Assembly (NCBI GenBank): GCA_035518815.1
Contig: DATIXG010000060.1
Span: forward strand, 64,881 to 128,880
Source: Gemmatimonadales bacterium
GTDB taxonomy: Bacteria; Gemmatimonadota; Gemmatimonadetes; Gemmatimonadales; GWC2-71-9
DNA: 64,000 nucleotides
Direction of reading: 5' to 3'
Positions 16,149 through 24,046 of the stretch are shown here, piece by piece. Every line of letters begins with the position of its first letter. Within the stretch, counting starts at the first letter, position 1. A program made the position numbers and the translations under genes. Below the pieces are notes generated by a model. The model was not told where the DNA came from. It worked only from the letters and a program-made list of their open reading frames with translations, and searched no databases.

Positions 16149-17366
16149 GTGCTGCGCATCCGGGCCGGCTCGGTCCATCCTGTCACGGCGCCGCCGATCA
16201 CCGACGGCGCCGTTCTCGTTGACGGCGCGGTGATCGCGGCGGTTGGACCCGACCAGACGGTGCCACGCCCGCCCCAGGCCGAGTCCCTCGAATTCCCGCA
16301 CGGCGCGCTGACCCCGGGGCTCGTCAACTGCCACACGCATCTCGAGCTCACGGCGTTCGGAGGCCGCGTCGCCGATCCCGAGTTTCCGCGCTGGATCCGA
16401 CAGCTGCGCGAGCTCAAGGATGCCACGGACCCCGAGACCTTCCGGCGAGCGGCCGAGCAGGGAGTGCGCGACGGCTGGGCGGCCGGCGTCACCTGCGTGG
16501 CCGATACGGGCTCGACCGGGGCAGCGATGCACGCGCTGCACGCCCTCGGCGGGCGCGGCGTGATCTACCAGGAAGTGTTCGGTCCGGATCCTGCGCGCTG
16601 CGAGCGGAGCATGAGCGAGCTCGTCGCTGCCGTCGAGGGCCTCAGCCCGCTCGCGTCGGACCGTCTGCGTCTCGGCGTCTCGCCCCACGCGCCGTACACC
16701 GTCAGCGCGCCGCTCTATCGCGCCGTTGCCGACTTCGCGCGCACCGAGCGGCTGCCGATCGCCGTTCATCTCGCGGAGTCGCGGGAGGAAGTCGAGTTCG
16801 TGCGCCACGGGCGCGGCCCATTCGCCGAGGCTCTGCGTGCTCGCGGCATCGCGGTTGACGCGCGGCGCCTCTCTCCAGTCGCCTACCTCTTACAACTTGG
16901 CGTCTTGGCGTCTGGTAACTGTCTCACCATCCATTGCGTCCAGGTCGATGGGGCCGACATTGCTCGGCTCCGCGATGCTGGCGCGTCCGTCGCCCACTGC
17001 CCGCGTTCGAACACTGCACACCGACACGGTACCGCGCCGCTCGCTGCCATGCGCGCTGCGGGCTTGAAGGTCGGCCTCGGGACCGATTCGGTGGTCAGCA
17101 CGGGCGACGTGTATCTCTGGGGTGACGCGCTCGCCGCAGGCCTGGAAAGGGAAGACGCGCTCCGGATGCTGACCATCGAGGGCGCTCGGGCCTTGGGCCT
17201 CGATGCGGAGATCGGCTCGCTCGAGGTCGGGAAACAGGCCGACCTCGCAGTCTTTACCTCGACCGTCCTTGACCGTCCTCGCCCGTCTTTGACTGTCCTT
17301 GACCGCCCTCGCCCGTCGTCGCCCGCCCTTCTCACCCTCATCGCCGGTCGCGTGGTCCACGGCTAG
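16149..17366 (+). CDS. amidohydrolase family protein (chlorohydrolase/deaminase-like)
   Basis: GLVNCHTHLE is the metal-binding HxH motif. ..HLAES.. and ..HCV.. follow the amidohydrolase pattern. The 3' end contains a translated decamer repeat. Confidence 0.8.
   Translation: MLRIRAGSVHPVTAPPITDGAVLVDGAVIAAVGPDQTVPRPPQAESLEFPHGALTPGLVNCHTHLELTAFGGRVADPEFPRWIRQLRELKDATDPETFRRAAEQGVRDGWAAGVTCVADTGSTGAAMHALHALGGRGVIYQEVFGPDPARCERSMSELVAAVEGLSPLASDRLRLGVSPHAPYTVSAPLYRAVADFARTERLPIAVHLAESREEVEFVRHGRGPFAEALRARGIAVDARRLSPVAYLLQLGVLASGNCLTIHCVQVDGADIARLRDAGASVAHCPRSNTAHRHGTAPLAAMRAAGLKVGLGTDSVVSTGDVYLWGDALAAGLEREDALRMLTIEGARALGLDAEIGSLEVGKQADLAVFTSTVLDRPRPSLTVLDRPRPSSPALLTLIAGRVVHG
17261..17330. repeat. 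seven tandem decamers (GACCGTCCTT / GCCCGTCYTY type) translated within the amidohydrolase 3' end
   Basis: The 10-nt periodicity is read directly from the sequence. It gives a 30-nt (10-aa) protein repeat, TVLDRPRPS(L/S), twice. Confidence 0.85.
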
Positions 17367-17378
17367 ATTGAAATCGCG

Positions 17379-17840
17379 ATGAAGACCCAGCGCCACGCCG
17401 CCATCCTCAGGATCGTGCGCCATCAGCATGTGGCGAGCCAGGAGCAGCTGCGCGAGCGCTTGCGCGCTGAGGGCTTCGACGTCACGCAGGCGACGCTGTC
17501 GCGCGACATCAGAGAGCTGGGCCTCGCGAAGGTCCCGGCCTCGGATGGCGGCTCGCACTACTCCCCACCGGCCGAAAGCAGCTCCTCCATGCGGCCGCAC
17601 CTGGAGCAGCTCCTTCCCGCCATGCTCGTCTCCCTCGACGGCGTTGGCCCTCTCCTCGTGGTGAAAACTCCGGCTGGCGGCGCGCAGGCCCTTGGTCTCG
17701 CACTCGACGGCGCCGGATGGTCCGAGATCATCGGCACCATCGCCGGCGATGACGCGGTGCTCGTTATCACGCGCAGCCCGCGCGCCCGCAAAGCGGTCCA
17801 CACCCGGCTCGAAGGCTTGGCGGGTCTCTCGCCCAGTTGA
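17379..17840 (+). CDS. argR: arginine repressor
   Basis: MKTQRHAAILRIV..SQEQL..GFDVTQATLSRDIRELGL is a winged-helix region. The C-terminal part (GTIAGDDAVLVI) is the oligomerisation domain. Confidence 0.9.
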   Translation: MKTQRHAAILRIVRHQHVASQEQLRERLRAEGFDVTQATLSRDIRELGLAKVPASDGGSHYSPPAESSSSMRPHLEQLLPAMLVSLDGVGPLLVVKTPAGGAQALGLALDGAGWSEIIGTIAGDDAVLVITRSPRARKAVHTRLEGLAGLSPS

Positions 17841-17884
17841 CAGCGGGCCCGGCTCTTGTATGTTTATGCATCTTTGTGCATAAA
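17837..17884 (+). promoter_or_regulatory. candidate argG promoter (TTGACA-N16-TATGTT) with an overlapping AT-rich palindromic ArgR-type operator
   Basis: TTGACA lies at 17837-42 and TATGTT at 17859-64. The inverted repeat TTTATGCA-N6-TGCATAAA lies at 17863-84. TGTATGTTTATGCA fits the TGNAT-N4-ATNCA ARG-box shape. Confidence 0.55.
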
Positions 17885-17901
17885 CCTACAGGAGGCGGAT
17901 C

Positions 17902-19131
17902 ATGGGGCCGTTGGTAGTCCTTGCATACTCGGGCGGGCTCGACACATCGGCGATCGTACCCTGGCTGCGCGAGCAACACGGCGCCAGGGTGCTGTGCTTT
18001 GCGGCCGATGTGGGTCAGGGGTCGGGCGAGCTGCGGGGACTCGCGGAAAAGGCCAAACGCTCGGGCGCGATCGACTGCGTCGTCGAGGACCTGCGCGAAG
18101 AGTTCGTGCGGGACTTCGTGTTCCCGACGCTGCGCGCCGGCGCTGTATACGCGCGCACCTACCTCCTCGGCACCGCGATGGCTCGGCCCCTCACCGCGGC
18201 GCGCCAGGTGGCGGTGGCCCACCAGGCCGGCGCCCAGGCCTTGGCGCATGGCTGCACGGGCAAGGGCAATGACCAGGTTCGCTTCGAGCTGACCTACGCC
18301 GCGCTCGCGCCAGATCTCCGCGTGATTGCGCCGTGGCGCGAGTGGACGTTCCAGAGCCGCGAGGACCTGATCGCCTACGTCGCGGCCAAGGGCATTGCCG
18401 TTCAGGCGACCGCCGACAAGCCGTACTCCACCGACCGCAACCTGTGGCACTGCTCCCACGAGGGCGGCATCCTCGAGGATCCCTCGAAGGAAGCGCCCGA
18501 GCACATCTTCGTGATGACCGACAACCCGCTGCGCTCGCCCGACGAGCCCGTGATCGTGACGATCGGGTTCGAGGAGGGCACGCCGGTGTCGGTCGATGCC
18601 GTCCCGCTCGGTCCGGTGAAGCTGCTCGAGACGCTGAACGCCGTCGCCGGCGAGCACGGCGTCGGCCGGGCGGACGTGGTGGAAGACCGGCTCGTGGGGA
18701 TGAAATCCCGCGGTGTGTACGAGACCCCGGGCGGTACCCTGCTGTACGCCGCGCACCGCGAGCTCGAGCAGCTGGTGCTCGACCGGCGGACGCTGCACCT
18801 CAAGGATCAGCTCGCCCTGCAGTACGCCGACCTCGTGTACGATGGCCGCTGGTGGACGCCGGAGCGTGAAGCGCTCGACGCGTGCATCACGGCCACCCAA
18901 AAGCAGGTGACGGGGACCGTGCGGCTCAAGCTGTACAAGGGCAGCGTGACCGTCGCCGGGCGGGAGAGTCCCTTCGCGTTGTATCAGCCGTCGTATGCGA
19001 CCTTCGGCAAGGACAACGTCTACAATCAGAAGGACGCCGAGGGCTTCATTCACCTCTACGGTCTTGCCGTGAAGATCGGCGCGGGGCTCGAGGCTGAGCG
19101 CCAGCGCCAGGTCGAGGCCCCAGCCGAATGA
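17902..19131 (+). CDS. argG: argininosuccinate synthase
   Basis: VLAYSGGLDTS.. is the canonical ArgG N-terminus. AGGAGG lies 6 nt upstream of the ATG. Confidence 0.95.
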   Translation: MGPLVVLAYSGGLDTSAIVPWLREQHGARVLCFAADVGQGSGELRGLAEKAKRSGAIDCVVEDLREEFVRDFVFPTLRAGAVYARTYLLGTAMARPLTAARQVAVAHQAGAQALAHGCTGKGNDQVRFELTYAALAPDLRVIAPWREWTFQSREDLIAYVAAKGIAVQATADKPYSTDRNLWHCSHEGGILEDPSKEAPEHIFVMTDNPLRSPDEPVIVTIGFEEGTPVSVDAVPLGPVKLLETLNAVAGEHGVGRADVVEDRLVGMKSRGVYETPGGTLLYAAHRELEQLVLDRRTLHLKDQLALQYADLVYDGRWWTPEREALDACITATQKQVTGTVRLKLYKGSVTVAGRESPFALYQPSYATFGKDNVYNQKDAEGFIHLYGLAVKIGAGLEAERQRQVEAPAE

Positions 19132-20540
19132 TGAGCGACCATCCGACCGAGTCCGCTCCGCACCAGATGTGGGGCGGGCGGTTTGCGCTCGGGCCGAGCG
19201 AAGCGCTCGATGCCTTGAATCGCAGCCTGCCCGTCGATCACCGCCTGTGGCCGCAGGACGTCGCGGCGAGCAAGGCGTGGGTGCACGCGCTCGGTCGCGC
19301 CGGCGTGCTTGCGCCGGCGGAGGAGTCGCAGCTGCTCGACGGCCTGGATCGCGTCGCCGAGCGCCTCGCGGACGGCGCGGCCGTGGGCGCCGCGGACGAG
19401 GACGTGCACACGCTCGTCGAACGGCTCTTGTATGAGGAGATCGGCGCCCTCGCGGGCAAGCTGCATACCGGTCGCTCGCGCAACGACCAGGTGGCGACCG
19501 ATCTGCGCCTTTGGACCCTCGGCGCGATCGATCACCTCGACAAGGATCTCGCGACCCTCGGCCGGACCCTCGTAGCCCGCGCCACCGACAGCGTCGGCGA
19601 CTTGCTTCCCGGATACACCCACGGGCAGCGGGCCCAGCCGGTTCGCTGGGCCTACGTGTTGCTCGCGCACGCGTGGCCCCTCACGCGCGATCGCCAACGG
19701 CTGGCCGATGCGCGGCGCCGCGTCGCCGAGTTGCCGCTCGGCTCGGGCGCCATTGCGGGCTCCGGATTCCCCGTCGATCGCGTCCTGCTGAAGGAAGCGC
19801 TCGGGTTTCGATCGATCTCGGCCAATGCCCTGGACGCCACCGGCGACCGTGATTTCGTCGCCGAGGTGCTGTTCGCCCTGACGCTCGCGGGCACGCACCT
19901 GTCGCGGCTCGGCGCCGAGCTCGTGCTCTACTCGAGCGCGGAGTTCGGATTCGTGCGGTTGGCCGACGAGTTCAGCACGGGATCGAGTTTGCTGCCGCAG
20001 AAACGGAACCCCGACGTCTTCGAGCTGGTGCGCGCCAAGTCGGCCCGCCTGCTCGGCGACCTGGTCGCGCTGCTCGGAACGTTGAAGGGGTTGCCCGCGG
20101 GCTACAGCAAGGATCTCCAGGAAGACAAGTCGCTCCTGTTCGACGCCTTCGACACCCTCGCCTTGGTGCTACCGGCGGTGAGCGGTGCGGTGGCGACGTT
20201 GAGCCTCAACACCGACCGCATGCGGGCGGCGCTCGATGCCTCGCTGCGCGCCACCGACTTGGCGGATCTGCTCGTCGAAGCGGGCATCCCGTTCCGGGAG
20301 AGCCACACCCTCGTGGGCCAACTCGTGCGCGAAGCCGAGCGCGCAGGCGTGCCGCTCGACGCAGTCCCGGCTGCAACGGCGGCGAAGCTTCATCCGGCGC
20401 TCGCCACGGCCCTGGGGCAGTTGGGTTCCTGGGACGCGAGCGTCGAGAGCCGGGCCACGCCCGGGGGATCATCTCGTAAGGCCGTAGAGGATCAGCTGGA
20501 GGAGCTGCGCAAGGTGTTCGCTGCCGGTGGAGCGCCATAA
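19128..20540 (+). CDS. argH: argininosuccinate lyase
   Basis: ..LHTGRSRNDQV.. and GSSLLPQKRNPD are fumarate-lyase signatures. It overlaps argG by 4 nt. Confidence 0.95.
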   Translation: MMSDHPTESAPHQMWGGRFALGPSEALDALNRSLPVDHRLWPQDVAASKAWVHALGRAGVLAPAEESQLLDGLDRVAERLADGAAVGAADEDVHTLVERLLYEEIGALAGKLHTGRSRNDQVATDLRLWTLGAIDHLDKDLATLGRTLVARATDSVGDLLPGYTHGQRAQPVRWAYVLLAHAWPLTRDRQRLADARRRVAELPLGSGAIAGSGFPVDRVLLKEALGFRSISANALDATGDRDFVAEVLFALTLAGTHLSRLGAELVLYSSAEFGFVRLADEFSTGSSLLPQKRNPDVFELVRAKSARLLGDLVALLGTLKGLPAGYSKDLQEDKSLLFDAFDTLALVLPAVSGAVATLSLNTDRMRAALDASLRATDLADLLVEAGIPFRESHTLVGQLVREAERAGVPLDAVPAATAAKLHPALATALGQLGSWDASVESRATPGGSSRKAVEDQLEELRKVFAAGGAP

Positions 20541-20582
20541 GCTTCACTCTTGCCTAGTGTTAGCCGGCCATGTTAGCATACG

Positions 20583-21185
20583 ATGCCGTCCCGCTCAGGT
20601 TCGGGCGAGGCGGCTGTTTTTTCGGGGGGGAGTTTCGTGCGCTGCTTGGCTCTCAATGCGTCGTTTGAGCCTCTGACCATGGTGCCCGTGCGCCGGGCGC
20701 TGCGTCTCGTCATCGACCGCAAGGCCGAGATCGTCGAGGCGGAGGGCTCGGTGGTGAAGAGCGAACGACTCGCGCTGCCGCGACCTGCGGTCATTCGCCT
20801 GGTCAAGTTCGTCCACGTCCCCCGCCGCTTCCGCCGCCAAGTCACCAACACATTCCTCTTCGCCCGCGACAACTACCGCTGCCAGTTCTGCGGTCGCAGC
20901 CAGCCGCAGCTCCGGCCACGCGAGTGCCTGACGCGCGATCATCTCGTGCCGCTCTCGCGAGGGGGGACGAACGCGTGGAATAACGTGCTGACGGCGTGTT
21001 CGTCCTGTAACACGCGCAAGGGCAACCTGTTGCCCGACGAGGCCGGGATGCACCCGCTGAAGCCGCCCGTCGAGCCGCACTTCGTGCACCTCTCCTGGGC
21101 CGTGCGCCGCCTCACGTCGATTCAGTCGAAGTACATCCGGCTGTTCTACGGCGCGGACGTGCTCGCGACGCTCGAGGCGTTGTGA
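20583..21185 (+). CDS. HNH endonuclease domain protein
   Basis: CQFCG..DHLVPLSRGGTNAWNNVLTACSSCNTRKG is an HNH/CxxC motif. The start could instead be GTG 20637. Confidence 0.8.
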   Translation: MPSRSGSGEAAVFSGGSFVRCLALNASFEPLTMVPVRRALRLVIDRKAEIVEAEGSVVKSERLALPRPAVIRLVKFVHVPRRFRRQVTNTFLFARDNYRCQFCGRSQPQLRPRECLTRDHLVPLSRGGTNAWNNVLTACSSCNTRKGNLLPDEAGMHPLKPPVEPHFVHLSWAVRRLTSIQSKYIRLFYGADVLATLEAL

Positions 21186-21586
21186 GCGGACGCGCGGTGC
21201 TGCCATGGGTGGTGGCGGGCGTGGCGCTCGCGGCGCTCGGGGTAACGCTGGGGCGAAGCTCGCACGGCCGTGCCGTCCAGCACCCCGAGCCGCGTCCCGG
21301 CATCACGGCGGCGAACGTGCTCCCGGCCGCCATGGTACCCGCGCCGGGGGCGCGCGAGGCGTACGAGGCGGCGCGCGGTGCGCCGCAGATCTTGGACGGC
21401 CTCTACTGTCATTGCAATTGCAGCAAGCACTCGGGACATCGCTCCCTGTTGACCTGCTTCGAATCCGAGCATGGGGCCTACTGCGACATCTGCATGGGCG
21501 AGGCCATGCTTGCGAGCCAGCTCGCGGCGTCCGGCTCCTCACTCGCCGCCATCCGCAACGCCATCGACGCCCGTTTCGGCACCTAA
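21182..21586 (+). CDS. Cys-rich membrane-anchored/secreted protein with a CHCNC (CYCxC-type) motif
   Basis: It has an N-terminal hydrophobic segment, then GLYCHCNC..H..C..H..C..C. The GTG start overlaps the HNH stop (GTGA). Confidence 0.55.
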   Translation: MSGRAVLPWVVAGVALAALGVTLGRSSHGRAVQHPEPRPGITAANVLPAAMVPAPGAREAYEAARGAPQILDGLYCHCNCSKHSGHRSLLTCFESEHGAYCDICMGEAMLASQLAASGSSLAAIRNAIDARFGT

Positions 21587-22314
21587 GGCGGTCGCGCGAA
21601 GGACCCGGACCGCGCTTCGAGCGTGAGCCGGGGTAACCCCGCCATGCGTACGAGCAGGCGCTGCGCGCTCCGCGCCAGTGTGCTCCCGAGCTCCGTCCGG
21701 CCTGTGACGGTCGGGGACACGTCTCCCTTCAACCATCGCTCCAGTTCCTGAAGATCCGTGTCGTTCAGCGTCGAAATCTCGAGGCGCACCAGATAATAGA
21801 ATCGGCCCGCGTTCTTCGGCGCGAGCGCGACGCGGTAGGGAAGCTCGAGCGCTCGCTCCAGTGCGTCCACGCTCGCGTGGCGTGCCACGCTCCCGCCCGA
21901 GCGGATGAGGAGGTAGTCGTCTGGAAGCGGGTCGTAGTGCGCCACCGCGTCCCACGACGCGTCGCTCACATGCTCGTCAAACCAGGTCGACCGGGTGCGC
22001 CACAACTCGAGGCGGTAGTGCAGGCGCAGCGGCAGCCCGGAGTGCATGAGCGAAACGAACTTGCCGTTGGCGAGGAGAGAGACGGCTTGAACGCGCGGGA
22101 CGCCGTCTTGCAGCGTGATGGTGAGTGATGGATCTTGTGCGGCGGCGCGTGCCGCCGCTCCGAGGAGGAGGGCAAGGACCGCGTGCCCGCGCCACCTCAG
22201 AAGCGATGATCCAATCGCAGCGTCAGGCGGACTGGCTCGCCGGACGTCACCCCCTTCGCGACATACACGCCCAGCCCGCCCCAATCGATGCCGAGCCCGA
22301 GGTCCGCGAGCCAC
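21583..22314 (-). CDS. DUF4390-like protein
   Basis: ..LRLHYRLELWRTRSTWFDEHV..HYDPLPDDYLL.. resembles the DUF4390 core (RPRWYWFDE-type). The start is unresolved. The only canonical start, ATG 22314, overlaps the upstream gene by 118 nt, and a signal-peptide-like segment begins near 22200. Confidence 0.55.
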   Translation of the reverse strand: MARGPRARHRLGRAGRVCREGGDVRRASPPDAAIGSSLLRWRGHAVLALLLGAAARAAAQDPSLTITLQDGVPRVQAVSLLANGKFVSLMHSGLPLRLHYRLELWRTRSTWFDEHVSDASWDAVAHYDPLPDDYLLIRSGGSVARHASVDALERALELPYRVALAPKNAGRFYYLVRLEISTLNDTDLQELERWLKGDVSPTVTGRTELGSTLARSAQRLLVRMAGLPRLTLEARSGSFARPP

Positions 22315-23930
22315 GACCCGATGGTCGGGAACTTGTTCTCAGGCAGCCGCCCCGGTCCGCTGCCCACCAGCCACGCCTGCCCTGCGTCTCCGAACACCAC
22401 GAAATCGGGTCCCTGCAGCGACCACAACGATTTCTTCGAGCTCTCATCCTCGGGTCGGGCCTTCCCGTAGAACCAGTGGAGCGCGAGGTGCCCCCGATAC
22501 TCGATCTGCGTCAGGATCAACCGGTCGCACGCAGCGAGCTGGGTGCCGGCGAACGCGGCGTCGGTGATGTCCGCACTACAGGCGCTGTGCCGGAACGTGT
22601 ACCCGGAGAGCAGTGCCGGGCCCCCGATCGACACGCGCTGCTGCAAGGGCAGTGGGTCGCCGCCCAGCCAGCCGCCCATCAGCAGGCGCAGGTTCACGCG
22701 GCCCGCCGGGCTCACCCGCGTATAGCGCCGCACGTCCAGCGACAGGCGGTTGAATTGATACGAGCCGTCGGTGGGGATCGGCGCGCGGACGCTCGCAGGC
22801 AACGGCTGTGGCTCCACGTCCGGCGCCCAGCTCGCGGCAATCCGCCCTTCGATCAGCCAGCCGGCGGTCGGCTGCTCAGCGTCGTTGCGGGTGTCGACCG
22901 TCACGGTGCCGCCGAGCGTCGTGTAGTGCCCCGCGTCGATCGGTCCGTTCGCGCGCCACGACTCGTTGCGGAACAGCGACCAGGGATCGGCAGCCGAGAC
23001 GCTCGTCTGCCAGTCGTACGACAGGTCGAGCGACAGGGTGATGGGTTCGGCCGGGCTCGCGAACACACGGCCGCGCACCCCGCGGTTGAAGTAGTAGTCC
23101 CGGTAGTCGCGCTGCACGAGGAACGCCGCCCAGCCGACTTCGGCGCTCGTCAGTCCCGCGTCCTCGACCGGCGCGACCACGCTGTACGCCCGCGCGCCAA
23201 TGCCGACTCCCGTGTGCCCCCCCCCCGCGCGGACCTCCGTGCGGACGATATAGCCCAAGTCCCCGGGCGTGTCGCCCAGGTCGCCCACCGATCGCACGAT
23301 CCCGAGCGCGTCCACGCGGAGTCCCACGGTTTCCGACAGGCGCCAGGCGAACTCGGGGCCCAGCACGATCGGCAGGCCTTCCACCCGATTGAACGTGCCG
23401 CCGGTCGCGATCGTCAGCGATGAACGCGTGTCGGCCCCGGTCCATGTCTTCCGCGCGCTCAGGAACGGCAGGCGCGGGCGCTGGGACACGAGGGCGATCT
23501 CGTCGCCCTTCGCCTTGTAGGCCAGGGGCTCACGATAGACACGCACCTCCCCGCCCACCCGCGCCTGCGGCGCGCGCGCGATGCTGCCGCCGATCACGGT
23601 GATGCTGCCCGTCACCTCGCCCGTCGAGTCGAGCACGACCTCCCCGTCGATCACGAGCAGGCTGCCGGCGATGCGGCCGGCCAGCGAGACCGACCCGTTC
23701 CGCACGGCCACGTTGCCCCGCCACTCGTTCCCGTGCGGCAGGGTCGTGCGTCCCACGAGCCGGGTGGTGGTCGCCGCATTGAAGAACGCCACCGCTTCTT
23801 CGGCCACCGTCCGGGGGAGCTCGTGCGGCGCCGTGGCGGAGCTTTCGGGGTTGATGACGATCGCGGTGTCCTGGCCCCGGGCGAGCGCGGGACCGAAGAC
23901 CACTATTGCGGCGAGTGCGACGGTACGCAT
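22197..23930 (-). CDS. Omp85/BamA-superfamily outer membrane protein with an N-terminal beta-helix-like repeat region
   Basis: It has the signal peptide MRTVALAAIVVFGPALARGQD, then repetitive G-x-V/I segments (GNVAVRNGSVSLAGRIAGSLLVIDGEVVLDSTGEVTGSITVIGGSI). The C-terminal barrel ends ..LRLDHRF. Confidence 0.7.
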   Translation of the reverse strand: MRTVALAAIVVFGPALARGQDTAIVINPESSATAPHELPRTVAEEAVAFFNAATTTRLVGRTTLPHGNEWRGNVAVRNGSVSLAGRIAGSLLVIDGEVVLDSTGEVTGSITVIGGSIARAPQARVGGEVRVYREPLAYKAKGDEIALVSQRPRLPFLSARKTWTGADTRSSLTIATGGTFNRVEGLPIVLGPEFAWRLSETVGLRVDALGIVRSVGDLGDTPGDLGYIVRTEVRAGGGHTGVGIGARAYSVVAPVEDAGLTSAEVGWAAFLVQRDYRDYYFNRGVRGRVFASPAEPITLSLDLSYDWQTSVSAADPWSLFRNESWRANGPIDAGHYTTLGGTVTVDTRNDAEQPTAGWLIEGRIAASWAPDVEPQPLPASVRAPIPTDGSYQFNRLSLDVRRYTRVSPAGRVNLRLLMGGWLGGDPLPLQQRVSIGGPALLSGYTFRHSACSADITDAAFAGTQLAACDRLILTQIEYRGHLALHWFYGKARPEDESSKKSLWSLQGPDFVVFGDAGQAWLVGSGPGRLPENKFPTIGSWLADLGLGIDWGGLGVYVAKGVTSGEPVRLTLRLDHRF

Positions 23931-23964
23931 GACACGACCCCAGGACGCGGACGAGGCGCGGGGG

Positions 23965-23980
23965 TGCATGGGGTGTGCCG
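23965..23980 (-). promoter_or_regulatory. candidate sigma54 (-24/-12) promoter
   Basis: The minus strand reads CGGCACACCCCATGCA, compared with the consensus TGGCACG-N4-TTGCW. GG and GC are separated by exactly 10 nt. It lies 34 nt upstream of the Omp85-like ATG and just downstream of a sigma54-activator gene. Confidence 0.55.
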
Positions 23981-24046
23981 CTTTCCGGTCGTTCTTGCGG
24001 CCCGCCGTAGTGTGTCGGCTCCGTGTCCGGAGGCAGGCTGGGCGTG

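Noticed and set aside
15333-16808. A 491-aa ORF on the minus strand.
   Set aside because: It is antisense to the end of the PBP1A gene and to the amidohydrolase gene. It is Arg-rich with no domain signature.
16881-16925. The CTTGGCGT-CTTGGCGT-CTGG mini-repeat in the amidohydrolase gene.
   Set aside because: It has only two full units, and the translation (..YLLQLGVLASGNCLTIHCV..) fits the conserved amidohydrolase core. It is probably coincidental.
17767-19053. A 428-aa ORF on the minus strand.
   Set aside because: It is a shadow ORF opposite argG, whose plus-strand reading is unambiguous.
22200-22314. The N-terminal 38 codons of the DUF4390 ORF, starting at ATG 22314.
   Set aside because: This extension overlaps the Omp85-like gene by 118 nt and is Arg/Gly-rich. 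The signal-peptide-like sequence begins near 22200, but no ATG, GTG or TTG start is available there. The start is therefore left unresolved rather than asserted.
22125-23423. A 432-aa ORF on the plus strand.
   Set aside because: It is antisense to the Omp85-like gene, which has a signal peptide and a C-terminal barrel signature on the minus strand.
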